A stretch of DNA of 64,000 nt, taken from assembly GCA_965645705.1 (NCBI GenBank), contig CBFFWQ010000011.1:1-64000 (forward strand). The letters are read 5' to 3'. Made by a program: the position numbers and the translations under genes. Of the stretch, positions 32,947 through 42,941 are shown one piece after another; position 1 is the first letter of the stretch, and every line of letters starts with the position of its first letter. Source of the DNA: an uncultured Lachnospiraceae bacterium. Its GTDB lineage: Bacteria; Bacillota; Clostridia; Lachnospirales; Lachnospiraceae. Below the pieces are notes generated by a model. It was given only the letters and a program-made list of their open reading frames with translations. It made no database searches and was not told where the DNA came from.

Positions 32947-33396
32947 TTAATCGTCTAACTTACAAACAAGAATCTCCACGCTTGTCTCTTGGAACACCTG
33001 CTGAATCTGCTCCGAAACCTTATCCCATGGCAGCTTATCCAAGCCAGCTCCAATAGTAGGCATTGCAATTTTCTTGATTCCATTCTCTTTACAAATACTT
33101 TTCATTTTCTGTAAAGCAAGTCTCATAGTAATAATACTTGGTTTTTCATAATACCGTTCTTTTGTAATTAAATTTAAAACCCTGCCTTCAAGGATACAAT
33201 CGCCACCAATACGACACCTATTATAATAACTATGATAATCTGGATACTTTTCCAACAGGCAGTTTTTCATATCAAACCTCTTGTTAAACTCTACAACGAT
33301 TCCCTTGCCCATACCAAAATCTGCACTGATGCAATGTGCCAAAAAATAATCTTCACTGACACTAAACAAGTTACACTTTCTTTCTTCGTACTGCAT
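32947..33396 (-). CDS. Macro-domain protein (ADP-ribose binding/hydrolase)
   Basis: HCISADFGMGKGIV and IAMPTIGAGLDKLPW match macro-domain signature regions. Confidence 0.7.
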   Translation of the reverse strand: MQYEERKCNLFSVSEDYFLAHCISADFGMGKGIVVEFNKRFDMKNCLLEKYPDYHSYYNRCRIGGDCILEGRVLNLITKERYYEKPSIITMRLALQKMKSICKENGIKKIAMPTIGAGLDKLPWDKVSEQIQQVFQETSVEILVCKLDD

Positions 33397-33400
33397 AACA

Positions 33401-33856
33401 CTATCCCTTCTTTCTTACAGGAATCCAAATCTCACAAGAATCCTTTGATGGATAATACTCGAGATCCCAACCTTTCACAACTTCGTATTCTTTATCATCA
33501 CAAGACAGAAATTCCCTTTTGATACAATCCCATGCATTCTGTACTGCAACAGAAGTAGAAGCTTCAAAACGAAATACAGCCCATGTCTGCTCTGGCAAGC
33601 AGAATTCCTGGAAACCTTCTGGCACATCATCAGCATCCTCTGCATACAAACCAATACCGTACTTAAACACTTCTTCGCCATTGTTTGCACAAACACCAAA
33701 ATAACAAGACACCTCTTTACCAATCTGCTTTTTGTGATGTGCATCCCACAATGCTGGAATTCCCTCCTTGCGAGTTTCCTCATTAAAATCCTCAAAATAA
33801 ACGAACAATTTTAATTCATCTTTGTTCTCAATACGACAATCCATGATAAATACCAC
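33401..33856 (-). CDS. GyrI-like (AraC effector-binding-type) small-molecule-binding domain protein, co-transcribed with the macro gene (5-nt gap)
   Basis: YFGVC...GIGLY...WAVFRF...EIWIPV pattern. Confidence 0.55.
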   Translation of the reverse strand: MVFIMDCRIENKDELKLFVYFEDFNEETRKEGIPALWDAHHKKQIGKEVSCYFGVCANNGEEVFKYGIGLYAEDADDVPEGFQEFCLPEQTWAVFRFEASTSVAVQNAWDCIKREFLSCDDKEYEVVKGWDLEYYPSKDSCEIWIPVRKKG

Positions 33857-34189
33857 CTTTCACTAAAAAGAGCAAATGTTAAAATACACTGCCTAACTAC
33901 TGGCACGATAATGAACTAAAGGACTTTTCAAGTACAGACACTGCAATCCACTAACTGCCAAAACAATACTGAAACAACGCCAAATAAAACAGTGACGATT
34001 AAATCACTGTTTTCATGAAATACAATTTTATAAATAATACGCAGAATTTCTATCTGTAAGTTCAGTATTACTCTGTTTCAATCTTTTAACTGCAAAATAA
34101 TTCTAATTTAAAGGAACTTCATTAAATAGTATCAGTCAAATCATTATTTTCTTTTAAATAAAATAATAGTACAACAATGTAAATCGCCA

Positions 34190-34774
34190 TCAATTATTAT
34201 CTTTTGTATTTCCGAAAGCATTCACTCCTGATGCATAATTATTATGATCACTAAAAATAGTATTTTGAAATGGTAAATCTAAAGAATTGAGGCTACAGAT
34301 TTGTTCTTCACTGGTATGTTGAAAAGGATTATTATAACGATAGTCATCAAATGCTGTAACTATAATATCACTTGCAATATTACACTGCCACTGACAACAC
34401 GAAATGAAATCTGCTCCCAACAATGCAGAAGGATTTACTCCGTCAGGAGTAAGATAGAAATAAAATTTTTGAATATAATAATTCCCTATTTTAGCATCTT
34501 TTATGTAACAAAGAGTTCCTATTCTTTCTTGACCAAAAACTGCTTTAAACTTTTGTTTTAAAAAGGAGCTATTATCTAAAATATTTTCCAATTCTTTTCT
34601 TTCTTTAGATGTCCAATATTCAAAATTAAGTAAAGCTGCATAGGAAATCATAGTAAGTTTCGCTCCTGTGTCAAATTTAAGTAATAACTGATTATATGAT
34701 TTATGAAAGGCATTTGTTTGTACAGCATAAGAATTTTGCTTTTCATAATACTTAGCTCTAAATAACTCATTCAA
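34190..34774 (-). CDS. Retropepsin-like aspartic peptidase (FDTGAK plus LLGADFI) ending ...SGVNAFGNTKDNN (VNAF-tail set)
   Basis: DTGA motif, downstream GxDF motif and the shared C-terminal tail. TTG start in the ORF track. Confidence 0.5.
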   Translation of the reverse strand: MNELFRAKYYEKQNSYAVQTNAFHKSYNQLLLKFDTGAKLTMISYAALLNFEYWTSKERKELENILDNSSFLKQKFKAVFGQERIGTLCYIKDAKIGNYYIQKFYFYLTPDGVNPSALLGADFISCCQWQCNIASDIIVTAFDDYRYNNPFQHTSEEQICSLNSLDLPFQNTIFSDHNNYASGVNAFGNTKDNN

Positions 34775-35144
34775 CAGATGTCACCTCCACATCGGGATAT
34801 CCAGGTAAATAAGAATAACCTTTGTCAGAACTTTGTTCATTTCGACACAAATGTACAAGTCTATTATTAAACTCTTTACTTACTGACATGGCAAAAACAT
34901 ACGCATAATCAGAACCACCAGAATATATCAAGCTATTACGATCATTAAGAAAAAAAGCCCAAAGTCCAAAATCAATTTTTAAAGGGTGCTTAAAAATTCG
35001 CAAACCTTGCTCTTCGTAATAATTATTGGAATCAAAAATCACATCCCCTTTATCATCAAAAACAGCATCCACACTCATAGAATCTACTTCATCTAAAGTA
35101 ACACTACTTAAATCATCTAACATAATAATCATCTCTTTCTTCAA
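34767..35144 (-). CDS. Hypothetical protein
   Basis: ORF only. Confidence 0.3.
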   Translation of the reverse strand: MKKEMIIMLDDLSSVTLDEVDSMSVDAVFDDKGDVIFDSNNYYEEQGLRIFKHPLKIDFGLWAFFLNDRNSLIYSGGSDYAYVFAMSVSKEFNNRLVHLCRNEQSSDKGYSYLPGYPDVEVTSVE

Positions 35145-35283
35145 TAATTATTCTTAATTAACAATTAATGTCTTGTGAAACTTCTTACAGTTTACAACTA
35201 TTATATCTTAATGTCAAGATTCAATACACTATGAATAAAATATCAACAAACCAAAATTCAACAATGACCAATTCCCATCACTA

Positions 35284-36021
35284 TTACCCCATATGCCTAC
35301 AACCATAAACGCAACCTGAGACACTCTCTAATACATCTGCAAAAACGGAATTTACCCCATAATCCTTGTAGAAAATATACTCACAATCAAAAAATTCCTG
35401 AAATAATTCAATACAACTGGAAGAGAATTCCTCAAAGAATCTTATCCCTTTTTCGTAATTGTTTAAAAATACTTGATAAACAACCCTTTCAGGAAAATAA
35501 TAACTATCCATAGGTTCACAAAGATAAGATGTAATTACGTTTTCCATCTCTTTATAAGTAAGTACTCTAGTTAAAGGTTGATCTTTAGAAGAATCGTAAG
35601 TACTGTAAATTCTATGCAGAATAAGATCTAAAGCCAAGCAGGAAAAAAGCTTATGAAGTTGCTCATCAGTACAGTTCGCAATTAATTCTTCTATCATCTG
35701 TTCTTCCTTTTTTGTAAAATCTATTATCGAATTTCCATCGTATTCTTTACCTAAAGTTTTATCTACAAGTTCTTCATAATACCATTCAAAAATTTCGTCC
35801 ATGGTTTTGATATCGAGCTCTTTTACAGGAATCCAAAGATCTTCTAATTCTTTCAACATCTGAGTCCCTTGTTCATAATAATCTTCCCATAAATCATACT
35901 TATCTCTATCAAGTCTCTTTATTTCTTCCTTAATTTCTTTTTGCAGTTCTCCCATGGAAATAGACTTTTTAAAAATAAAAGAAGAACTACTGGAATTCGT
36001 AACAAAATCTGTCCTATACTT
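35284..36021 (-). CDS. Hypothetical protein (start trimmed to MKYRTDF, AAAGGAGAAGG SD 9 nt upstream), 8-nt overlap with the upstream gene
   Basis: Strong SD. The ORF-track extension into the upstream gene is an artefact. Confidence 0.4.
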   Translation of the reverse strand, partial: KYRTDFVTNSSSSSFIFKKSISMGELQKEIKEEIKRLDRDKYDLWEDYYEQGTQMLKELEDLWIPVKELDIKTMDEIFEWYYEELVDKTLGKEYDGNSIIDFTKKEEQMIEELIANCTDEQLHKLFSCLALDLILHRIYSTYDSSKDQPLTRVLTYKEMENVITSYLCEPMDSYYFPERVVYQVFLNNYEKGIRFFEEFSSSCIELFQEFFDCEYIFYKDYGVNSVFADVLESVSGCVYGCRHMG

Positions 36022-37099
36022 CATACAGAACCTTCTCCTTTCTATTGCACAAAACAATCTGTCTTCGAATAGGACAACCACCCATACACAAGACTCTATC
36101 TTTACACAAAGGGCAAGATTGCTTGAAGAATGATCTAAAGGGACAAAACTGAGGACTGTCCCATGCTTCTTTAATAGAATGATTGTGTAAGTCAAATCCC
36201 CACCGCAGCTCCTGATTATCAAAAGAACATGGCATGGCAATCAAATCAGCACTTACATACATAGACCATCTTCCGCCTTCACAAGTATCAATACTAACTG
36301 ACTCTACCTTTCGACAACAATTCACAATTCCAGGAACACTGCAACTGTCGAATCCTATTTTAAAAGGAAAATTCCCCCTATCTACCAGATGAAAAAACTC
36401 CCTAACTTTTACATCATGAAGTTTCAATACATTCTCTTCCATACCTAAACCTATTGGTTTATGAAGAAGAAAAATAACTGCATTAATCCCCTCTGGGAAA
36501 TCTTTCTTCTTCAGCCTATCTAAAGCTTCGTCAATAGAATTGTTTCCCAGTACATAATGAATATTTGTCTTAACACCCGCCTTGATAAGTGCCTGAATCG
36601 CATCTAAAATGTGCTGCTGCCGATACCAACTAATTGCTACTGCACCACAATACTGCTTACACAATTCTACAATTTTCTCAGTAAAACCAATGCCAGAGGA
36701 AGTGAAATTAGGTACAATATGATTCTTTTTACAACACTCTAATATTTCTTTGAAGTTTTCATGCTGGTCAACGTCACCCCTCCCACCTAAAGCAAACTGA
36801 AAAGTTTTGCCTCTGCATTCCCTTGCAAGTCTTTGGAACTCACTCAAAGACATATTAGGCTTTTGTACGTGTAAGCCGTCCTGATAACACTGCACTCCTG
36901 CCTTCATGCACAATACACTCTTACCATGCATACAGTGTCCCATGACACCAACATCAATAAGTTCTGGAAAAGATGCCATGAAAGGATCTTCTCCTGTATC
37001 TTTCCCATCTCTAATGATACCTATCCTGCAATACTCCCCTGTCTTTGTATTAAAAATAGAGACAAAATGATTCTCTTCATCCACTTTTCTGATAACCAA
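36014..37099 (-). CDS. Cys-rich protein with a C-terminal CxxCx5Cx3C (SPASM/twitch-like) cluster. Possible non-canonical radical-SAM/Fe-S enzyme.
   Basis: C-terminal CPLCKDRVLCMGGCP. No canonical CxxxCxxC found. Confidence 0.3.
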   Translation of the reverse strand: MVIRKVDEENHFVSIFNTKTGEYCRIGIIRDGKDTGEDPFMASFPELIDVGVMGHCMHGKSVLCMKAGVQCYQDGLHVQKPNMSLSEFQRLARECRGKTFQFALGGRGDVDQHENFKEILECCKKNHIVPNFTSSGIGFTEKIVELCKQYCGAVAISWYRQQHILDAIQALIKAGVKTNIHYVLGNNSIDEALDRLKKKDFPEGINAVIFLLHKPIGLGMEENVLKLHDVKVREFFHLVDRGNFPFKIGFDSCSVPGIVNCCRKVESVSIDTCEGGRWSMYVSADLIAMPCSFDNQELRWGFDLHNHSIKEAWDSPQFCPFRSFFKQSCPLCKDRVLCMGGCPIRRQIVLCNRKEKVLYEV

Positions 37100-37288
37100 A
37101 ATAACACACCCTCTCTATTACTTTTTAAGCTTGTTCTTTTGCTTCTTCAATGAGTACCTCTACTTAGCAAATCTAAAGGCTCATAAGTGTAATAGAATTC
37201 TTGTGACGTGCAACTACCATAGCCTAACACCAAACATCTCACCAGAGGCATTTCGTGTTTTAAATACCTCTGGCAGATAACTCACACA

Positions 37289-38743
37289 CTATTTCTGCAA
37301 TCTACGTAACAAATCCATCTTCACGGCATAATAGTCTGGAGTGAAATCTAAATAATGCTGATGTGGATTTTCAAAACGTAACTCTTCCTTCCACACTTCA
37401 TGCTGTAATTGATGCTGTACTTGTGCCCTAATTTCTTTCAAAGAAGGTGACCTATACACTAATTCACCATTTCTAAAAATCGGAACCTGTAATTTTCTTA
37501 CGGTGTAGTTCTCAAAAAACCTCTGTTTCCATGGCATAGCTGGATCCACATACCGAAAAGGCTTCGTAAAATTAAGACATTCACTCTGTTTTCCAATTAA
37601 ATCAGCGATGGATCTACCATACTCATCGTAAATTCTGTAAACACTTTTTAAACCCGGATTCGTAATCTTTTCCACATTCTCTGAAATTTTAATACGTGGA
37701 ATAAAAGTAAGTCCATGTTTTGCCACTGCTGCCAGCTTATACACTGCACCAAAAACGGAATCACTCTTAGCAGTAATCAAACGTTCTCCAACACCAAAAA
37801 CATCAATAGCCGCATTTTGATTAACTAAAGAAGCAATTGTAAATTCATCCAGACTATTGGAAACAATCACCTTGCAATCAGACATACCAGCGTCCATTAA
37901 CATCATAGTGGCTTTCTTTGATAAATAAGCTAAATCTCCACTATCGATACGAATCCCCTTGAGCCTCTTACCTTGTGGTTCCAATACTTCTTTTGCTACT
38001 TTAATTGCATTCGGTATACCACTTTTTAACACATCATAAGTATCTACCAATAAAACACAAGCATCTGGATAAATTTCTGCATACTTCTTAAATGCGGTAT
38101 ACTCATCTTCAAAATACATTACCCAACTATGTGCCATTGTACCCGATACAGGAATCCCAAAAGTCTTTCCTGCCAGTACAGTCGCAGTACTATCTACGCC
38201 ACCAATATAAGCAGCTCTTGCACCATAGACAGCTGCATCTGCATTGTGAGCACGCCTTGCACCAAAATCAGAGACTATTCTTCCCTGAGCTGCACGAACA
38301 ATACGGCTTGCTTTTGTAGCAATTAAAGACTGATGATTTACCTGTAACAAAATTGCTGTTTCAATTAACTGAGCGTCAATCAAAGGAGCGACTACCGTAA
38401 TCACTGGCTCATTTGGATACATCACGGTTCCCTCTGGAAAAGCGTACACATCGCCGCTAAATCTAAAGTTCTGCAAATAACTTAAAAACTCTTCCTTGAA
38501 AATTTTCTGCTCACAAAGATACTCAATATCATCTTCCTCGAAATGAAGTTCCTGTATATACTCAATTATTTGTTGTAACCCAGCAAAGATAGCATAACCA
38601 CCGCCATCGGGATTCTTTCTATAAAATACATCAAAAGCCACACGCTGCTCACTTTTTGCTTGACTGCTATTAAAATAGCCATTACTCATGGTTAATTCAT
38701 AAAAATCCATGAGCATAGATAAATTCCTTTCGTTGTTTTTCAT
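37289..38743 (-). CDS. pncB: Nicotinate phosphoribosyltransferase
   Basis: LMDFYELTMSNGYF N-terminus, FGARRA, SGTMAHSW, 484 aa. AGGGGA SD. 11-nt gap from pncA. Confidence 0.85.
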   Translation of the reverse strand: MKNNERNLSMLMDFYELTMSNGYFNSSQAKSEQRVAFDVFYRKNPDGGGYAIFAGLQQIIEYIQELHFEEDDIEYLCEQKIFKEEFLSYLQNFRFSGDVYAFPEGTVMYPNEPVITVVAPLIDAQLIETAILLQVNHQSLIATKASRIVRAAQGRIVSDFGARRAHNADAAVYGARAAYIGGVDSTATVLAGKTFGIPVSGTMAHSWVMYFEDEYTAFKKYAEIYPDACVLLVDTYDVLKSGIPNAIKVAKEVLEPQGKRLKGIRIDSGDLAYLSKKATMMLMDAGMSDCKVIVSNSLDEFTIASLVNQNAAIDVFGVGERLITAKSDSVFGAVYKLAAVAKHGLTFIPRIKISENVEKITNPGLKSVYRIYDEYGRSIADLIGKQSECLNFTKPFRYVDPAMPWKQRFFENYTVRKLQVPIFRNGELVYRSPSLKEIRAQVQHQLQHEVWKEELRFENPHQHYLDFTPDYYAVKMDLLRRLQK

Positions 38744-38754
38744 CTTGATATCCC

Positions 38755-39285
38755 CTATGCAATTTTAATCTGGCAAGATGCCATTGTTTCTAAAGCTGCT
38801 TTATGTTTTTCTGGCGTTACACCTGCACAGCACTTGCTATCAACACTAATAGGAACTTCTGGAAGAAATGCTTTCAACAGAAGAGCATTAGAAACTACAC
38901 AAATATCTGTACATAATCCAATCAGCTCCACACTCTCTGGGTTCAAGCTTTTTACATCTAAAGCCAGATTCGTGCTACCAAAAGTTTCTTTCTTGTAAAT
39001 AGGACAATCTGCCAAAAGATCTCTTACTACTGGGTGCAGTTGCCAGCCTTCTTCTCCTTCTTTGCAATGCTCTACAGGTAACAATTTTCCTTCTTGAGTG
39101 AATTTATAATTCTCATGATGTGTATCCATTGTTACATAAATTTGATAATCTTCTGCTTTGCACTTCTTAATCTTTTCTACTACTGCCTGAACAATGCCCT
39201 CTGCTTCCTTAGAACCTAAAGAGCCTGTGATGAAATCATTTTGAAAATCCACTACGATGAGTACTTTGTTTCCTTTCTTTTTCAT
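38755..39285 (-). CDS. pncA: Nicotinamidase / isochorismatase-family hydrolase
   Basis: VLIVVDFQNDFITGSL, catalytic Cys context GLCTDICV, 176 aa. Confidence 0.75.
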   Translation of the reverse strand: MKKKGNKVLIVVDFQNDFITGSLGSKEAEGIVQAVVEKIKKCKAEDYQIYVTMDTHHENYKFTQEGKLLPVEHCKEGEEGWQLHPVVRDLLADCPIYKKETFGSTNLALDVKSLNPESVELIGLCTDICVVSNALLLKAFLPEVPISVDSKCCAGVTPEKHKAALETMASCQIKIA

Positions 39286-39341
39286 AATTTTTACAATTAA
39301 AAACTGATAACCACCAAGCAGCTATCAGTCTAAATATTATA

Positions 39342-39863
39342 TTATTTAATTTTCTTATCTCCAAATGCATTTACTGTATTCGCTTTTTCAAATGAGGAGG
39401 ATTTATCATTCGTATCTTTGATTTCGAAATCATCAGAAACATCTTCATCTATATCCAACATTTCAAAATCATCAAGAAATTCTATAATTTCAGAATATAA
39501 ATCATACCTTTCTTCAAAACATAATTCATAAACTTGATTAAAAGCATCTTTACTGTAGCTAATCAAGTAAGTTTTAATAAATTTATCAAAATCTCCTATA
39601 TTTTTCATTTCATGAACCAAAGAATTTCTCATATCTGTAAATGCAGTAGGTACTTTCGCTGAAATACGATTTTTCACACATTTATAATTTGCACATTTAT
39701 TTTCTTTATAACTGCAAACGAGCTGTATTGTTTCAAATAAGCGTATGATTAACAAAGTTAAAGTTGCCTCACAAGGAAAATCCCTAAAATCTCTTAAAGT
39801 TCTCGCAAGGACACGTTTAGCCTCAGAAACCTCCTCAAAAGCAACAACTTGCTTATTAGGCAT
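39342..39863 (-). CDS. HEPN-domain protein (Rx4H motif in MRNSLVHE) ending ...NTVNAFGDKKIK (VNAF-tail set)
   Basis: Rx4-6H motif in a predicted helical context, plus the shared tail. Confidence 0.45.
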   Translation of the reverse strand: MPNKQVVAFEEVSEAKRVLARTLRDFRDFPCEATLTLLIIRLFETIQLVCSYKENKCANYKCVKNRISAKVPTAFTDMRNSLVHEMKNIGDFDKFIKTYLISYSKDAFNQVYELCFEERYDLYSEIIEFLDDFEMLDIDEDVSDDFEIKDTNDKSSSFEKANTVNAFGDKKIK

Positions 39864-40182
39864 TTAACCACCGCCCATCTCTGTAAACACACGTTAAATT
39901 ACGAATACCTGTTTGCTTTGGGTCAAAATCTTTTACTTTCTCTCGTACAACACCATGCCAATAATTTGTTTCTTCATCAGAATATAATTCTTCAAACTCC
40001 TCTACATCAATTACAGTAATATCATTTGAATCAATAATTAGCCATAATAATGAATGATACGTAGGATCATCAAAATTTTTTGGCTCTGTTACCCACAATT
40101 CCTTAGCTAAAGGATTTTCCATTAAATCTTCCCATTTCTTTCTTACAATTTCTCTATTCAATTCCATGATTAACACCTCCAT
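39856..40182 (-). CDS. Small acidic protein, tandem paralog B (about 75% aa identity to 40311..40619). Its stop overlaps the HEPN start, making it a candidate immunity/antitoxin partner.
   Basis: 8-nt overlap with the HEPN gene. Paralogy extends to the nucleotide level. Confidence 0.45.
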   Translation of the reverse strand: MEVLIMELNREIVRKKWEDLMENPLAKELWVTEPKNFDDPTYHSLLWLIIDSNDITVIDVEEFEELYSDEETNYWHGVVREKVKDFDPKQTGIRNLTCVYRDGRWLNA

Positions 40183-40310
40183 ATTTTAATAAAAACTATA
40201 AGTACCTTCATAAATATTTTATCACATTATAAAATAAATGTCCAACTATTATTCTACAATTAACTTTTACTTCTTTCGCATAATCAATTATTTTCTCTAT
40301 AATACTATAG

Positions 40311-40619
40311 CTAGTGCAACCACCGCCCATCTCTATAAACACACGTTAAATTATGAATACCTGTCTGTTTTGGATCAAAATCTTTCGTTTTTTCTCGCAC
40401 AATACCATACCAGTAATTTGCTTCTTTATCGGAATAAAGTTCTTCAAACGCATCTACATCAATCACCGTTACATCATCAGAATCAACAACAAGATGTAAT
40501 GACGGATGACACGTAGGATCATCAAAATTCGCTGCTTCTGTCACCCACAATTCCATAGCTAAAGGGTTCTTCATTAACTCTTCCCAGCGTTTTCTTATAA
40601 ATTCTCTATTAGTCACCAT
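40311..40619 (-). CDS. Small acidic protein, tandem paralog A
   Basis: Same family as 39856..40182. Confidence 0.45.
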   Translation of the reverse strand: MVTNREFIRKRWEELMKNPLAMELWVTEAANFDDPTCHPSLHLVVDSDDVTVIDVDAFEELYSDKEANYWYGIVREKTKDFDPKQTGIHNLTCVYRDGRWLH

Positions 40620-40634
40620 GTCACAATCACCTGC

Positions 40635-41696
40635 CTAAACATCTGATAATGCCTTAATAATACCACACGCCTTATAATGTTGCAATGGATAATACTCTAT
40701 GGAAACTTCTTTTTCTTTCGCCAATTGTTTGATACTATTCAAACAAGGGTCAACAGCAGACGCTTCGCTCACTAACACTTTCCACGGAACTCTCCTTAAT
40801 AGCACTCTTGTAGTTTCTCCAATTCCTGGCTTAATAAGGTTCACGTCCTTAATTTTAAATTTTTCCGCCAATTTCCTGACTTCGTCAATGCCATGACCTA
40901 AAGGGACAGAATCTTGTACCATAGAATTTTCTTGAAACTCCGACTCAATGGCATTAATGAATTCATACGACAAATCAGAATCTTTCAATTCTTCATAATA
41001 AACAGCACCATGAAAATCATTAACTCCAATAACATCATCACGTAAAAAAGTTCTGCTAATTAAACCTGAAACAGTACTGTTTAAACAAGAACTTGGTATT
41101 AATAAATCTTCATGAGTACCGCATAATTCCGTTACATTCGCTGGGTCAGCTACAACAGCAAGTTCTGGATTAACACCAGGGTAATCAACTAAAGCTTTCT
41201 GCAATGTATTCTGGATTGCACCTTTACCAATCCAACCATCGACAAACAGAAGATCACCTGCATCATACTGCCCCAACAACCATTTCATTGCATTGTGATC
41301 GATACCCTTACCACGAATAATAGAAATGGAATAGTGCGGAACTTCTATTTGCCACTTCCACTTTAAATACCGTTTCAGCAAAATCCCAATCGGAGTACCT
41401 GCACGAGCTAAAGAAACCAGCACAACATTCTTTCCACGAGCCTGCACAATCTTCTCTGCAAGCACTCCAAGGGCAACAGCTACTGGCTTTGCATAGTCCC
41501 TAAGAGCTGCTTGATATACTTCTAAATATCTTTGACTTGGTACATACTCAATAGGCAACATCTCACAATAATGCTTACCACTCTGAATTAGCTTTTCTCT
41601 TTCTTCCGTTGACTGAGGCTTTACCAGTCCAGTAATATCCTTTAACAATAAAACTACATCATCCTCTGAATACGAACTTCTCAACTCTAACACCAC
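40635..41696 (-). CDS. StiP-like protein (the family usually paired with an atypical PRTase in Ter-associated metabolite modules). Overlaps the PRTase gene by 10 nt.
   Basis: Size, operon partner and recalled family resemblance only. Confidence 0.35.
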   Translation of the reverse strand: MVLELRSSYSEDDVVLLLKDITGLVKPQSTEEREKLIQSGKHYCEMLPIEYVPSQRYLEVYQAALRDYAKPVAVALGVLAEKIVQARGKNVVLVSLARAGTPIGILLKRYLKWKWQIEVPHYSISIIRGKGIDHNAMKWLLGQYDAGDLLFVDGWIGKGAIQNTLQKALVDYPGVNPELAVVADPANVTELCGTHEDLLIPSSCLNSTVSGLISRTFLRDDVIGVNDFHGAVYYEELKDSDLSYEFINAIESEFQENSMVQDSVPLGHGIDEVRKLAEKFKIKDVNLIKPGIGETTRVLLRRVPWKVLVSEASAVDPCLNSIKQLAKEKEVSIEYYPLQHYKACGIIKALSDV

Positions 41697-42817
41697 CTAA
41701 CTAATGTAATACTCTTATTACCACACGAAACTAAAGCATTCACTAAAGAATAAACCCCAGTAGCTACTAACTCTTCGGCATCGGTCAAAATAAATACTTG
41801 ATCGTACTTGGTCAAATTATACACAAAAGTCTTCCTGCCTTTTTCATACAAGCTGACTAATTCCCATCGCTCGTGTAATGGATACTCTTTCTCTGTACTG
41901 ACTGCAATAGGACTACGTGTTGTAGCATGGAACTTAACGGTAACTCCTGCCAAATCTTCTATTTTCTTCGCTACGTACAAAACTGGATACATAAATTCTT
42001 CTGTACCCAAAACTAAAGTACTGCTGTCAGGTAATACTCTACTTTTCATACTATTCCAGAAAAAATTACACACTGCCTGATAATCTGCTGGTGAAGACAA
42101 CTTGCGGGTATCAATGCCACACTGCACGTTAATGCACTCTATGGGACAAACATCACAATCCAAATCATGATAATAACCATCTTCTCTATAACCATTCGCA
42201 ATCGCTTCATAGCCTCTATGGTCTGTCTTAACGAGATAATGCACTTGAATTCCACGATTTTCAAAATGGGCAAGAGCTTCCCTGTCCATACCATTTAAAA
42301 GAGAAGCAACAGAATACTGAAGTCTGTCAGACCATTCTTTCTCCATAGCACCAATCAAATCGAGAATCGTATTCCCTGTTGTTACTTCATCTTCTACAAA
42401 AACAATACGCTTAATCTTACCATGTAGAATGGTTTCTTTCATGCCGTCTTTCACTAACTTCTGTTCTGTAGCATGGCTATGTGATTCTGTAAAAAAAAGA
42501 TAATCTGCCTGATACAAGCACTCTCTTGTGGTCTGCACATACTGCATTCCAAGTTTCATTGCTACGCACGCACCAATTGCCGTAGCTGTCCCAGCGAACC
42601 CAATAACTAAAGTAGAATCTTTATCATACTGATTTGCAAGCAAATTACTAAGTTGACTGAATAAAGAAAATGTTTCTGTCGGAGAAACTGGTACGTGCTT
42701 TCCTTGCAATGGGTTAACTACAAGATACTTTCTTTTATTATTATTTTCTCTTTTGGCAATCTTTACCAAATCACTTTCACTGTACAAAATAAAAACTCCT
42801 TCCTTAATCATACTCAC
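41687..42817 (-). CDS. Phosphoribosyltransferase-domain protein (large atypical PRTase)
   Basis: PRPP-binding motif IVFVEDEVTTGNT. Confidence 0.65.
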   Translation of the reverse strand: MSMIKEGVFILYSESDLVKIAKRENNNKRKYLVVNPLQGKHVPVSPTETFSLFSQLSNLLANQYDKDSTLVIGFAGTATAIGACVAMKLGMQYVQTTRECLYQADYLFFTESHSHATEQKLVKDGMKETILHGKIKRIVFVEDEVTTGNTILDLIGAMEKEWSDRLQYSVASLLNGMDREALAHFENRGIQVHYLVKTDHRGYEAIANGYREDGYYHDLDCDVCPIECINVQCGIDTRKLSSPADYQAVCNFFWNSMKSRVLPDSSTLVLGTEEFMYPVLYVAKKIEDLAGVTVKFHATTRSPIAVSTEKEYPLHERWELVSLYEKGRKTFVYNLTKYDQVFILTDAEELVATGVYSLVNALVSCGNKSITLVRWC

Positions 42818-42941
42818 TAGTTGTAAAATTTACACCTAACTGAAAAGATACACCAAACGCAATAAATCTAAAGGCTCGTAAGTGTAATAAAAACTTTTCC
42901 ACTAACAATTTTCAATCATTAATGAAACAGCTTCTTATTAT

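Noticed and set aside
35284-36240. 226-nt overlap between ORFs 36014..37099 and 35284..36240 as a programmed frameshift or fusion
   Set aside because: An internal ATG (36021) with a strong AAAGGAGAAGG SD gives a conventional 8-nt stop/start overlap. The long extension is an ORF-caller artefact.
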